From the NCBI GenBank assembly GCA_030704615.1, contig CM060734.1:13702001-13766000 (forward strand): 64,000 bases of DNA, read 5' to 3'. Below are positions 48,721-61,884 of this stretch, piece after piece. The position numbers and the translations under genes were made by a program. Every line of letters starts with the position of its first letter. The first letter of the stretch is position 1. Under the pieces are notes generated by a model that was given only the letters and a program-made list of their open reading frames with translations, searched no databases and was not told where the DNA came from. The DNA is from Takakia lepidozioides. Taxonomy: Eukaryota > Plantae > Bryophyta.

Positions 48721-51700
48721 ACTCAAATGAAATGGAGGGGAACAGCAGGCACGTGGCCAGGGAACCTAGGAAACCATATAGAACTTAGGGAACCGGGAAC
48801 CAGTTACCAGATATTTTGGGTGTAACTTTAAATTTTAAACTTGAAAACTTTATTTAAAAAAAAAAAAAAAAAAAAAAAAAACCCTTTGATCTAATTTAAA
48901 TGATTTAGAGCCAAATTGGTCATATCTTTGTCAAATGGGCTCTGTTTGACTCAGTTTTTGAGGGGACAGCTGCAGAAAGGGGAAATCTACTGGTTTTAAT
49001 TTTTTGGACTCTGCTAAAAATCTATGGAATTTTTAGAGTGTGAGTGTGTCACGAAAGATCCACAATTCTGTTTCTAGAACCTGTGCTGGTCTATATGAGA
49101 GACAAATCTGTGGATGTACTCCTTGTATGGCTGGGGGAAATGAGGACGTAATTGAAGGGCAGGTCTCTTCTCTTAGCCTGTGCACACAAGGGGACAAGAT
49201 TTATGTTTCCCAAGGAACTCAGACTGATTTGAGTGGAGAACAGTTGGACGAGTTGATTGCATACTGGGAGTCAGGCATTAGCAGTAGACAACAGACTGCT
49301 GTAGTTGGCGTTGAGGGCCTCAATATCGCCTTGGACAGTCAGAACTCTGTTGGAGCCAGCAGTTCTGCAGCTGTAAAGTGAAATACCAAAGTGGGTGAAA
49401 GCTAGGCTTGGAACACAGCCAAAGACAGCCCCGGGTACCAAGGTGTTCAGCCACAAGGCTGTGGTGTACTGGAGCAGAGGAGCAGGAGCTACACAAGTTT
49501 GTGCAATCAGACAGCGTTGCAGCCGGACACGCTCTGCACAGGGCAACCACGAGCGGGGGTTCATTTGCAATGACATGTTTGTTGTGCGTGAAGGAGATGC
49601 AATGAGGACACCCGCAACCGTCTCAAAGCTTTCAAGTTGAGAGACTATCAGACCCTACCTTTGTTTTCTTTAGTGTTCAGTGAGCGGGAGATAGGGGAGT
49701 ATTGCTTTGTCTCTACCTGGCAGAAAGAGGAGGAGGGTTGGTTAGAGCGAGCTACTGTAGCTTGGAACAAGGTTAGTGGCAGGTTTCTGGACATAGATAT
49801 ACCTCCTACACCTTACCATCATGCAGAGCGAGGCACTTTGAGAGAAGTCTGGCAGTTGATAGCATAGATCAGGATTAGATCTTGCTTGGTCGGGCTTCTA
49901 TTCTTCCCCTTCATCTCTGTACTATTTTCATTACCTTGTACTTGTAGTTGCCAAAGCCTCTCTTGGTGGAGGCCAGTCAGTCCGGGGTTTTGGGCTGGGC
50001 TATTCTGCAGGATCAACATTGCAGCTGGATTTTGGTGTGGGGGTGTTGATGTTTTGATTTCTTGTGTTTGGATCCCCCCCAACACCTGCATGCTTGACTG
50101 TGCGCCATGTTGGTTTTGTGTGGGCGCTTGCTTTCATAGGGATTAGGCCAGATTTGATCACCGGTCAATCCTAGAGTATGCTGTCGGTGGTGAGGCTGGA
50201 GTGATGACCAGCAAGACCACCAGTGTTTCTTCTATGGTGAGGCTGGGTTGATGACCAGCCAACCATAGGAGTTCTTGCGGTGGATGCAGGTGCAGGTGCC
50301 CTGAGCCATTGGGATATGACCCTTAAACTGCAACAGGTGCCCACCCGTGTCACTATTAGATTAGTACTAGAGCCTTATAGTGTCACGTGGAGGAGGTGCA
50401 CATTGTGAGTGTCATTACGGAGTTACCCAAGGGTTTTGAGGGGAGTATGGCTACAGGCAATAACAGTGAGAGTGGGTTCACATGACGAGGTATTCGGTTC
50501 AGACCACCTTCACCGCCACCCTCAATTACTGTAGAGTCAGACACAGACTCGGAGGCTTCATCAACAGGTGTGCACTTTCATTCGCCATTGTTGTGGGACG
50601 ACATGGAGGAGATGTATGGAGCTACCAAGGGGCCTCGTAGGTACTCTGGAGCTGTGGGCACCATCGAGTTGGATGACTTTATCCAGGAGTTTGACAGCTG
50701 GTGTGATTTGCAGCAGATGCGCAATCCACAGCTATTCACCCCATTCATGGCGTGGAAGGGACTGTTCCAGCATTTGGAAGGCCCGCCTATGGACGATTAC
50801 CACGAGTTCAGGCGAGGACATGAAGCAGAGATTGAGGAGTGGAGGATGTATTGGTCACCTGACTACGTCTCCATTACTCGAGGCACGACGCGACCAGTAG
50901 CTGCATCAGTACCAATAGCCCCACTGCCAGCACTAGTAGTGGAGCAAGTAGTGCTGGTACTTCTGCAGGTGGTACCAGTTCAAAAGGTGCTACTACTCCT
51001 CCTGCCACGACTACAACACATGTGCCTAGATTCAACCCGGTGGTGGAGTTCTTCCAGGAGTTGCGGAGGAACTACCAAGGTGTACGGACAGAGAAGCTGC
51101 GAAGTTTGCAAGACTTCCAGCGCAAACCCAGTAAGAGCCTGCGAGAGGCGTACACTCGTATGAGGCGCTTGATAAGTGTGACCCAAGGGGTTACTGAAGC
51201 TCAGGCAATCCAGTTTTGGTATGGAATTCTGGACAAGGAGCTCAAGAGAAGGGTGCGAGATGCAACCCTGTTACAAGCAGCCCAACCCACATTAGCAGAT
51301 GTGTTTCTGCTGGCTGAGCGGATTGAGCTCAACATGGTGGAGGAGCGAGTTGTTACAATTGGATTTGGCAAGGACATACCTGCACGGGGCACAGCTGTCA
51401 GCCCACAGGCACAAGGGACTGCCCAACAGCGTGGTCAGGGGGGCAAGGTTGCCCAGCCCAAGTTCCATGGAGCTTACAGGGGACCTCAGGTGCAGAGGCC
51501 CGTGGCATCTTTTGCAGGCCAACAGCAACCAGGGGTGATATGTTGGACATGTGGAGGACCCCATGTCAAGAGAGATTGCCCAGAGAGTGGCAAAAGGCCG
51601 GCACAAGCACAACCTGCACAGTTGCAGTGTGGGCATTGTGGCAAGTATGGGCATGGAGATGCCCAGTGTTATGACTTGCATCCTGAGTTGCGCCCAGGCC

Positions 51701-53340
51701 AGTTCCAAGGGAACAATGGTGGCCGGGGGCGAGGTGGACCAGCCCAAAGAGGACGAGGTGGTCGGGCACGAGGTGCAGGCCAAGGGCAAGCTCCACATGG
51801 CCAAGGACGCGGAGGTTAGGGTGTTGACCAAGGCATGGCCAATCGGCTTCAGCAGCTAGAGCAGAGGCTCGCTGCCATGGCTATAGCTCAGGCGGTACCG
51901 GCTCCCAGGCGGGATGGTCCACCTCTTGCTCCTGAGGGAGGAGATATGGGAGGCATGGGATTCATGTGCGGAGCAGCACTACCACTAGAGCAGGTGGAGT
52001 CTGCTGCAGCCGTGACTCGAGGAGCAGCACGAGTTCCTGAGCCACGAGGTGCAGAGGTGGAGTTGGATCCACAACGTGGGGAGGCAAGCCGTCAGGCAAG
52101 GCTGCCTCAGTCGTTCACCTTGGCGGAGACAGTGTCAACGCCATCCATGGCACCTAGTTCTCGCCCGACTGTTACCGAGGCGGAGGTTTCTATGCCATTG
52201 GGAAGAGCTACACGTGCAGCACTGACACCTGCTGCCAAGGCTAGTGCGGCCGGTGTGTTATTGGGGGCAGCCACCTCTGTGTGTCAGGCCCCACTGTTCT
52301 TGGCAACAATGATTGCGACGCCGGGGGTGAGACTAGCTGCAGTGTTCCGACTAGCAGCAACACTCTGTGAGAGTGGGGAGGTCACTTCATCTTCTGCGGA
52401 GTTAGTGAAAGGTGAAGTGGCAGATGGATCCTCGAATTTGAGGGTCAAGACTGCCATGGCTGCGCCCTGGCAAGCTGCAGCTGCCAGGTTGACGGAGCTG
52501 CCAGCTAGGCCAGCCTTTGAGCGCGCCATGGTGACACCTGGAGTTGTCTTGTTAGACAACCGGGATGGCATTTTCTCTTTGAGTGGACCGGCAGGCAAGA
52601 AGTACCGGCCACTGCGGGTCTTGTTGGACTCGGGAGCTCAGCCACTGATGTTGGGCAAAGTTGCTATTGCAGGTTTGGGCCTTATCGAGGCGGATATGGA
52701 GCCTTGTCCTTTCCAGATACAGACATCTCTGGGAGGATCAGAGCAGGCTCGGGGCATGACACGACATCAGTTGGCCATTAGACTGCAGCTGGATCATCCT
52801 ATCGATGGCTCAGTAATGCGAGCCAAGGCCATTGTGACAGACGCGGTCTCTTACGATGTCCTCGTTGGTGGGGCAGTGTTATACCCCATGGGCTTCACCC
52901 TGGACTTTTGGGAGGAGTCAGCATCCTACAGGCCTGGATGGCAGTCAGGCGATGGTCGCCGTGCACAGCTCCCTATGACATTCATTGGGGGTATAGCGGC
53001 TGCCCAGCGGGGCAAGATGCCAACACTAGCCGCCTTTATAGCTGCAGTTAGTTGGCTTGGAGAGTTGCTAGAAGGCAATGCCCATGCAGAGGATGTGCCA
53101 CCTCCAGCAGAGCAGGATGACATGCATGGTATGGCGGAGTTGCCTGCCATGGTTGCTCACACTCCATTGTGGGGTACGAGCAAGGATTTGCAGCATGTTG
53201 CTGATCGACGGGTACAACAAGCCTGGGTAGAGGCTTTTGTTCCGTCAGGAGAGGATGAGAGTGCGGGTATTGCACCAGGACCATCTCAGTTGTCACCATT
53301 GGATACCACACCTATTGTGTGGCAGTATCCGGATGAAGGC

Positions 53341-54280
53341 ATTTGCCTTCTGGACTTGTTTGGCGGGATCAGCACCGGATTGGCTGCTGTGCTACAGGCA
53401 GGTGTACGAGTTCAACGTTACCTGTATGTGGAGAGGGATGAGACTGCACGATGCGTCTCACTGCGCCATGTTGCTTAGTTGGTACAGCAATACCCTGACT
53501 TGTTGCCAGTGTCTGCAGTTCGTGGATACCAACAAGCCTTGTCAGCAGACATTTCTTTGCTGGGGGCGCAGGATTTGGAGCAGGTTGGCTCCATTGATCT
53601 GGTAGTGGCAGGTTGGCCCTGCCAAGGGCATTCATCAGCCGGGCATGGCAATGGATTGCGAGACTCGAGGACGGGTCTGTTTTGGGAGATGGTGCGGATT
53701 TTGCGCTACTTGCAGCTTCATCAAGCTGTATCTCCAACATACATCTTGGAGAATGTACCACTGATGGGTGATTCTCGGGCCAGGGTGATGGCCAGTGTGC
53801 ATCAAGTCCGGTTGTGGCTTGGGTCAGCAGTGTTGCTGGATGCAGCTGCAGTGGGGTCACGGGCTCATCGTCCACGGCTTTGGTGGACTAACTTGATGCC
53901 ACCCGCACTACTCAAGCGTGCATTTGATGGGGTGCAGCGGCCAGCACACCTCACCGTGGATGGCATTTTGGACACAGGGAGGTAGTCTCAACGTGTGAGA
54001 CACGATGACCGTTCGTCTTTGGCAGTGGTCAACAGGGTGGGTCAACCACGAGCAGCATTACCTACACTGCTCAGCTTCCCAGGATCCCATGCTTTTCGGG
54101 ATGGTGGACCTGGCCTCCTGTGGGATGCTCAGTTGCAGCAGTTAGTGGAGCCTAATGCCGACGAGCGAGAGCGGGCTATGGGGTTTTCCACTGGGACCAC
54201 GGCGGTGCCTTCTCTTTCTAAGGCATCACGGCGTCAGGTGTTGGGGCAAGCAATGGATCTCAATTGCTTGACCTGGATTA
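53341..54280 (+). pseudogene. C5 cytosine methyltransferase domain of element B (catalytic motifs intact, two TAG stops)
   Basis: LDLFGGISTG, YVERD, DLVVAGWPCQ (PC at 53617-53622), ILENV (53749), AHRPRLWWTNL, ERERAMGF, RRQVLGQAM; TAG at 53476 and 53983. Confidence 0.93.
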
Positions 54281-55273
54281 TCAGCTTGGCTATGGCTGAG
54301 CAACGTAGAGTGCGGAGTGCACTCCCCTTCATGGTCTCTCTGCCTACCGAGACGGTACAGGCAGCAAGTGGGGGCGAGCCGGTGAGGACCACGGGTTGTA
54401 GACATCCATGGCACACGTGGGAGGTGCTCGAGGTCCAAAGGGAGTTGGCAGCCAAGGCAGCTGTGATGGATGAGGTTGGGGATTTTTCTCGGGTTGAGGA
54501 GGTTCTCAATGATGAGATGATGAGGCAGGATGAGGCCTTGTCATTGACTGAGCAGGAAGGGAGTACTGCTCAAGAGGTTGCAACATAGCAACCACGGGAC
54601 GCGTCCTCTACCTCTAAGCCCACTGGACTTAAGGTTGCAGTTACGGAGGACAATTGGGAGCCTGACATTGGACCCATTGTCACCGGAGGAGAGAGACGAC
54701 GTATACGGTGGTTCCTGAGGGCTTACAGGAATTGCTTTGCCTTCAGTTTGAAGGACTTGGGAGCACTGAAGGGTCAAGAGATCCGTATTGAGTTGGCCAC
54801 TGATACGCCAATCTTTCGGAGACCCTATAGATACAGTGACATGGAGAGGTCTTTGATTCAGATGAGGACTCAAGATCTCTGGGAGGCAGGTTTGGTGGAG
54901 CTCTCTGGTGGAGAGTATGCTTCAGCCACAGTGATGCCAGCTAAGAAGGATGTCTATGGCAATTGGACGGAGAGACGTATGTGCGGTGATTACCAGCCTG
55001 TAAATCGTCAGACCAAGTCCGATAGGTATGCCATGCCGACACCAGAGGAGATCTTTGATGTCATTGGGCATTCCAAGGTCTTTAGCACGTTGGATTTACG
55101 ATCCGGATATCACCAGTTGCCGATCAATGAGGCGGATAAGCAAAAGACGACATTTTGGGGGATCAATGAGCACGGGAGGGATTGCCTATACCAGTGGCGG
55201 TTCTTACCATTTGGGCTTGAAAACGCTCCCGCTGAGTTTCAAAGAGTCATGGATAGGATTCTAGCAGGGGTGG

Positions 55274-55998
55274 TGTCGCGCACCTCACTTCGGTTTGCTC
55301 CCCCTCAAGTCATAGTTACTCGCTTTGATGCGCGCACCTGACTCCCAACCGGCCGCCGGGCCAACTTGGAGCTTCGGCTGCTCACCGGGGCATAACGGTC
55401 CCCCTTTGTTCTCCCAAAGAACCCTCCACCGATTTGGAACCAGCGGGAATTCCCTTTGGTAGTTGGCAGTCCGTAACAGCTCCCCACTCTTTGGTCGCTT
55501 TCCGGCTCGCTCGCTTACTCACTAGTTTTTGGACACCAACGGGCTTGCACCGTTCTCGGGGTTACTACTCCCTATATATACTTCTATAGCTGTCTGCGGG
55601 GGTTTCACAACCAGCCATGCCATTTTATGGCGAACCACCACGAAAACCCTTGACTCCCGGTGATGAGTCGCGGTGAGTCTTGGCCCACTCACCACGGCCA
55701 CTATGGACCGTGATGAGTCCCAAGACTCCCCACGACTCCCACCACGAGGTCTCCGCCCCCATGGTGAGTCCTATGCCACCCCCACAAGTCCCGCTAAGCT
55801 ACCACCACCCCTCGTGGAGCCACCCCCACCGCAACCCAGTGTGCGGGGCTCCAGCTAGTGAGTGCCTCCGCCTCCTTGAGTGCCTTGGGCACTCAAGGGT
55901 GCTTCAGCCCCCCATACCTATCGCTGCCGCTGCCCCCACCACAGGGGCAGCCCCTCATGTGTCCCGACCCCCTGCCCTCAAGGCAAAGGGCCGCGACA
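55274..55998 (-). repeat. 3' LTR of chromovirus
   Basis: Direct repeat of 61885-62610; preceded on the minus strand by PPT ggtaggggtg. Confidence 0.95.
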
Positions 55999-56901
55999 CA
56001 CACCCCTACCAACAGGGAGTCGATGTCCTCATCGACTTGTCGTTTTGTAGAAACGAACATCCAAGTTGTGGCGTCCCACATCAAGGAGTTTGTTTCCGTA
56101 CCATGGCGTCCCATGGCAAAGAACCAAACCCCACACTTGACTCTACTCTCCACTAGCTAGTTCGGCCGACTTCCTCCAAGTCCCGGCCAAGGGTGGAGCC
56201 TCTCCAGCTCCTCCCAGTGCACTCTTCTTGGCCTACTTCAAGGCCAAGGAACGATCCTCCCCGAGGATCAGATCGCCTTACTGCAACAACATTGCTTGCG
56301 ACCGCTCATGATGCCGCTTTTGGCATCACCTTGAGCAAGGGCTCCCTGGAACCCTCTTTGACTAGGAAGATAACCTTGAACCAACCGTGCGCCCCAATCA
56401 CTACAATTGGGTCCGCCTTGGAATGCTGGCCTGAGGTACAGGAACACGCCGAAGCCGCACTACGACTTCGTCCCGAGGCTACACGATTATAGTATGTGAA
56501 CGGAAGCACGTAGCTTCCGTGTTAGCCCGCACTACAAGGCAACCCCCTCGGTAGCGCAGTTATAGTACGCGCACGCGCCAGGTGCGCACTAGCACGTGAA
56601 CTCCCAAAGAAGGCGCAAGTTTCCTTGCCCCTTAGATGGGGGTCACCCGATTTCGGCACTACGCAAACACACGATTAACCCAATTTACCTCTCCCACTTT
56701 TATAAGCTAGCATGCATTCTACACACTAGCCAACCATACCATGCATCACCATTCCAAACAAAATAGGACGCACAACATTTGGAAGCCATTTCATTTATAG
56801 CACGTTTTGTACAATACAAGTTTTTGCAATCAGATTCCTAAGCTAGCTAAGCCGGGCTAAGCATGCATTTCCTCCCCCATGCTCCAAGGTTGATGTCCCC
56901 A

Positions 56902-59900
56902 TCAACGCTTCTTCCGCTTTTGAGGTCGCCCTTCGAAAGCTGCAACCGCCTCGGATGCGTTTCCCATTTCTGAGGCACGCACCCAAGATGCCTCCACATG
57001 ATGATAGCCCTTCCATTTGACGAGATACTCCGTTTCTCGGTTCCTGAACCTCCTCGACTTAAGTATTGCCTCCACCTCGTACTCAGGTTCATTTTGATGA
57101 TCCAACAGCATAGGTGGCGGACGCAACACTTGATGCCGATTCGGACGCGCTTCATCTTTGAAATAAGGCTTCAAAAGGGAGACATGGAATACTGGGTGCA
57201 CCTTGCTGTTTCCGGCAGCTCCAATTCATACACATCCTCATTCATAACCTTCCGAATGCGAAAGGGCCCGCATACGGAGGTACGAACTTCGGACTCACTT
57301 CCGGAGGTAGTCGGAAATTCTTGATGTTCAACCAGACCTCTGTGCCTGCCTCAAACTTCACTTCCCTCCGCTTCCGATTTGCTTGCCTTTCATACCGTTT
57401 CCTAGCTTTGGCAATGTTGTACTTTGCGAGCTTCAACAAACGCTCGCGTTCTTCCAGTACCGCCGCTACTGCCGGTTCCTCAACGTCCTGGGCGGCCCAA
57501 CTTGTCGGCACCAGAGGTGCTTTTCCATAGACCAATACGAAAGGGGAAACTCCCGTTGCGGAGTGTTCTGTGTTATTATAACAGAACTCTGCCGCGTCTA
57601 AGTGTTCCACCCAGTCTGTTTGGTCTGCCGACACGTAATTCCGCAAGATCTGCTTCACTACGGAATTCACTCTTTCTATTTAGCCGTCGGTCGTAGGTCG
57701 GAAGGCGGTGCTCATCTTCAGCCTCGTCCCCATCTTCTTCCAAAGTGCCCTCCAAAATTTACTCGTAAACTTTGGATCGCGGTCCGAGACAATATCCTTC
57801 GGGACTCCATGATGCTTTAAGACGTGGGCGAAGTAAAGTCGCCCTGTCTCCTGCGCCGTTGCCGTCTCCTTGGTGGGGATGAAATGGCCCATTTTACTGA
57901 ACCTATCCACCACCACCATGATTGCATCGAATCCTTTTGACAGCGGCATAGCAGTCATGAAATCCATTGAGACGCTTTCCCAAGTCCCCTCTGGAATCGG
58001 CAAGGGTTGTAACAGCCCCGCTTGCTTTTTATACTCGCTCCGGTTTTGTTGGCATGTGGTGCATGTCTTGACATACTCCTCTGCCTCCTCCCTCAGTTTG
58101 GGCCAGAAATACTCTTTCTTCAAGAGTGCCACAGTGCGCTTGGCTCCGCCGTGGCCCGCAAGCGGGCTATCATGGCATTCTCTCAAGAGGCTGTCTCTGA
58201 TCCCTCCCTTCGGCACGTAGAGACGCTTTTGCTTATACCGGAGCAGTCCATTTTGCAAGTGGAACTGCGATTTAACCCCCATCCTCAAGTCCTGCATCAC
58301 GGACTTCGCCAGTTCATCCTTCCGGCAAGCCTTCCGGATCTTCCTTTGGGGCGCCGTCTCGCCCTTGTACACCAACAAGAGCTGCTGCTTTCTACTTAAA
58401 GCATCGGCCACCACGTTGTCTTGTCTGTTTGTACTGGATATCCACGTCGAACACCGCCAAAGTATCTTGCCACCTAAGTTGTTTTGGGGACAACTTGGGC
58501 TGCGTGGCAAAATACTTCACCGTGACATTGTCCGTGAACACCTTCACTGGGTTGGAACCAACATAGTGGTGCCAAAGCTCAAGACAGTGCACAACCGCCT
58601 TCATCTCTTTCTCGTGTGTCGGCCACCGTCGCTCCACTTCATTCAGTTTCTTACTTTCGTAAGCCACTGGACGTCCATCTTGCATCAGTACACCCCCAAT
58701 CGCAAAGTCCGACGCATCTGTATGTATCTCGAACGGACAATCGAACTCCGGGATTTTCAAGACTGGAGCTTCCGCCATCCGCTGCTTCAATTCAGCGAAA
58801 GCTTGGCCACAAAGAGTGTTCCATGCCCAGACTTTAGATTTACATAGAAGGTCTGACAACGGCCCCGCGATCTTGGCGAAATTTCTCACATACTTCCGGT
58901 AATAGGAGGCGAGTCCAAGGTCATATGAGTTCTTGGTGATGCCTTTTGGGCTCACCAATGCACCAGCGACATTTAGCACGCTGATGAACAGCCTTTTCCA
59001 GGAGTGGTTGGATGACTTTGTGATCGTGTACATCGACGACATCTTGGTGTATTCGAAAACAAAGGAGGAGCACCTGGAGCACCTCAAAAGGGTGTTCCAG
59101 AAATTGCAAGAATGGAAGCTGTATGCCAAAGCTTCAAAGTGCAAATTCGGGGTCACAAAAGTGGAGTTCCTGGGGCATGTGATTTCACAGGATGGGATCA
59201 AAATGGATGACAGAAAGGTGAGGGCGATCTTGGACTGGGAGCCTCCGACTTCGGTCCCGGGAGTGCGATCCATGGCTTTTACTACGTCTTTGGGACACGA
59301 GCGCCAAGGGAATGGTCTCAACATGCAACCATCTCTGAGAAGTGACATCTACAGTGCTTCAAATATTCCCAAAGTTATGGTTAACCATTCTGTCTTCCCG
59401 TGCTTCTTTAAGGCTTCATTCCTCTTTTGTGGGCTGTTCTATGATGTCTTACTTTCAAGCTTTCTATGCGCAAGTGGGGCCCTGCGTGGATGCACCGCAG
59501 CATGCTCTACCCCCTCGCACAATGTCAAAGCCTTCACGCGACCTAGAGTGCAATGGATTCTGGCTGCCCTAGCTGTGCAACACGGCTACACCAAGTGTGC
59601 ATTCTTACCCTCATTTTTTCTCTCATTTTGAATGCCAACGCACTCACCTCTTGTCCTGCACGTGGTCTTCTCCTCATCTCCTTCCGCCACTCGAATTTGA
59701 TGATAGCCGGAGCGCAGATCGATCCGGCTGAAATACTTCGCTCCTGCCAACCGATCGAAAAGGTCGTCGATCCTTGGCAAAGGATACCGGTTTTTGATAG
59801 TCACCTTATTCAAAGCCCTGTAATCGACACACATCCGCAGCGTCCCATCCTTCTTGTCTGCGAATAGCACCGGGGCTCCGTAAGGTGACTTACTCGGCCG

Positions 59901-60227
59901 GATGTACCCCTTTGACATTAGATCTTTGAGCTGAGTCTTCAGCTCGACCAACTCTCTGTGGCTCAACCGGTAGGGCGCCTTGGCAGGCGGTTCCGATCCC
60001 GGTATCACCTCAATCTTGTGGTCAACTCCTCTTCGCGGTGGCAAGCCGCTTGGCAAATCCTCCGGCATCACATCATGGTATTTCTCCAAAACCCCCTTGA
60101 TCCAATCTGGGCTCGGCTCTCCCTCGCCTTCTCCCTTCACTTCTGTAATGTAGAGCAAAAACTGGGGCTCGTGTGCCTCCTCCATGGCCCACTCCCTTGC
60201 TGACAGAAGGTTTATTCGCCCTCCCAC
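56902..60227 (-). pseudogene. Chromovirus pol (RT-RNaseH-integrase-chromodomain), frameshifted, with internal inversion
   Basis: [58 protein letters not shown]. Confidence 0.93.
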
Positions 60228-60269
60228 GAGTTTGGGCGTTTCCGAAACTCGTAAGACCTCGCCACCATT

Positions 60270-61832
60270 TCAACATGGCAGCGTGATTACCCTCTTGCGG
60301 CCATCTATGACTGCTCCGGATTTGCTCAAAAAGGTCATCCCCAAAATGAGCTCCACTCCATCGATCTCGCAGACGGTGAAGTTCTCACGTCCCTCCCAAC
60401 TCCCCAGTTGAAGAGGAACATCGAACGCCAACCTCGTCGCCAATTGCGGTTCTCCTTTGGCAGAATGCACCTCAATAGAGGCCCCTACGTCAGTTGTCGG
60501 GAGTCCCAGCTTTTGTGCCGTTGCCGGTGTCATGAAGGAGTGCGACGCTCCTGTGTCCACCAACAATGACACGTTAGTTCCGGATATTATCCCATCCACG
60601 AACAATAAGTGACTCCCTTTACGCAATGCGCCAGTTTCCTGATACAACTCACAAGAATATTTGCCTACCTTGCAAGTCCTGGCGACCACCGCTTCCACCA
60701 AGCGACTGATGGTATCTTCCGACAGCTCTGTGGTTGCCCGAGTCATGTTCAATTGTCGAGGTTTCGTGCACTTCTTGGCCATGTGCCCGGGCTCCCCGCA
60801 ATTGAAACACACTCCATCAAAGGTCGCCTTCTGTCCGCCATAAGCCGCTCCACCCGCCTTTCCTTTCGAAGTACCGGGTGCCGCCTTGACGTGTGAAGGC
60901 CCTCCCTTCGATTTCCACGTGCCATTGTCTCCGCGTGGCCTATCCCACTTCTTTTCCGGTCGGAAGGAATCACCTTCCCGCCGGGTCTTCTTGTGGTTCA
61001 GCTCCGTACGGCCTTGTCTCTCACCCCTAGGGATATCCGAGAAACATTCAGCCCTCTCAATTGCCTCGTTCAAAGTTTTGGGTGGCTTCTCCTCCAACTT
61101 CCGCCTGGCCCATGGGGCCAGTCCTGCCACAAAGTTAAAGACCATTTCTGGTTCTGCCATGTCCGTGACTTCGAGCAACAGCACATTGAAAGCCTGGACA
61201 TACCCCCGAATGTCATCTGTTTGCTTCAAATTCCTCATCTTGTCCCGGGCAAGCCAGGACGTGTTGAGGGGCACAAACTGTCTCTTCATCAATTCCTTGA
61301 ACCCACTCCAATTCAAGGTTTCCGGGCTTGGACCTCGGTCGTGAAGGCGTTTCTGCCACCATTGTTGAGCATAGCCCCTCAAATAGGTGGGAGCCACTTC
61401 CACCCGATCCTCGTCACTCAACTTGGCCGCCCGGAAGTACTGCTCTAGCTCCAGGAGCCAGGTGTTGAGTGCCTTTCGATTTCGGACGCCCTCGAAGGTG
61501 CCGGGTTCCTTAGGCTTCACCTTAAACTTTGCCTTAGTGGAAGTGGCATTAGCCGCCTTCAACACGTCTTTCAACGTCCCGCCAAACTGCGCCAACAACC
61601 CTTCCCAAAAGGCTGCCGGCATGGGAGGCATCTGTTGGTTTGTCGGAGCTCTCCAGGATTCCTCGGGCTCCGACTCCTCGGATTCCTCCCGCTCTTGAGC
61701 GGCCTCGTTTTCGGAAACATGCATCGCTTCCTCAAACGGCCGCCTCGGTGACACGTCGCCCCCATCGGGCTCACCAGGATCATCATCTTTTGGTCCGTTC
61801 CGCTTTCGCTTTAGCTTGCTCGATCCCATGAT
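60270..61832 (-). CDS. Chromovirus gag-protease ORF
   Basis: Open ORF with retrotransposon gag, CFNCGEPGHMAKKC zinc knuckle and LLVDTGASHSF. Confidence 0.9.
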   Translation of the reverse strand: MMGSSKLKRKRNGPKDDDPGEPDGGDVSPRRPFEEAMHVSENEAAQEREESEESEPEESWRAPTNQQMPPMPAAFWEGLLAQFGGTLKDVLKAANATSTKAKFKVKPKEPGTFEGVRNRKALNTWLLELEQYFRAAKLSDEDRVEVAPTYLRGYAQQWWQKRLHDRGPSPETLNWSGFKELMKRQFVPLNTSWLARDKMRNLKQTDDIRGYVQAFNVLLLEVTDMAEPEMVFNFVAGLAPWARRKLEEKPPKTLNEAIERAECFSDIPRGERQGRTELNHKKTRREGDSFRPEKKWDRPRGDNGTWKSKGGPSHVKAAPGTSKGKAGGAAYGGQKATFDGVCFNCGEPGHMAKKCTKPRQLNMTRATTELSEDTISRLVEAVVARTCKVGKYSCELYQETGALRKGSHLLFVDGIISGTNVSLLVDTGASHSFMTPATAQKLGLPTTDVGASIEVHSAKGEPQLATRLAFDVPLQLGSWEGRENFTVCEIDGVELILGMTFLSKSGAVIDGRKRVITLPC

Positions 61833-61870
61833 GAGGCCAATCCCAAGGACGATCGCGTACTGAACTCTAA

Positions 61871-61882
61871 GCTCTGATACCA
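61871..61882 (-). promoter_or_regulatory. Primer binding site for tRNA-iMet
   Basis: TGGTATCAGAGC lies 2 nt inside the 5' LTR boundary. Confidence 0.95.
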
Positions 61883-61884
61883 AG

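Noticed and set aside
58392-59631. Overlapping long ORFs on both strands as novel genes
   Set aside because: They are artefacts of the RT inversion fusing sense and antisense pol sequence with filler DNA.
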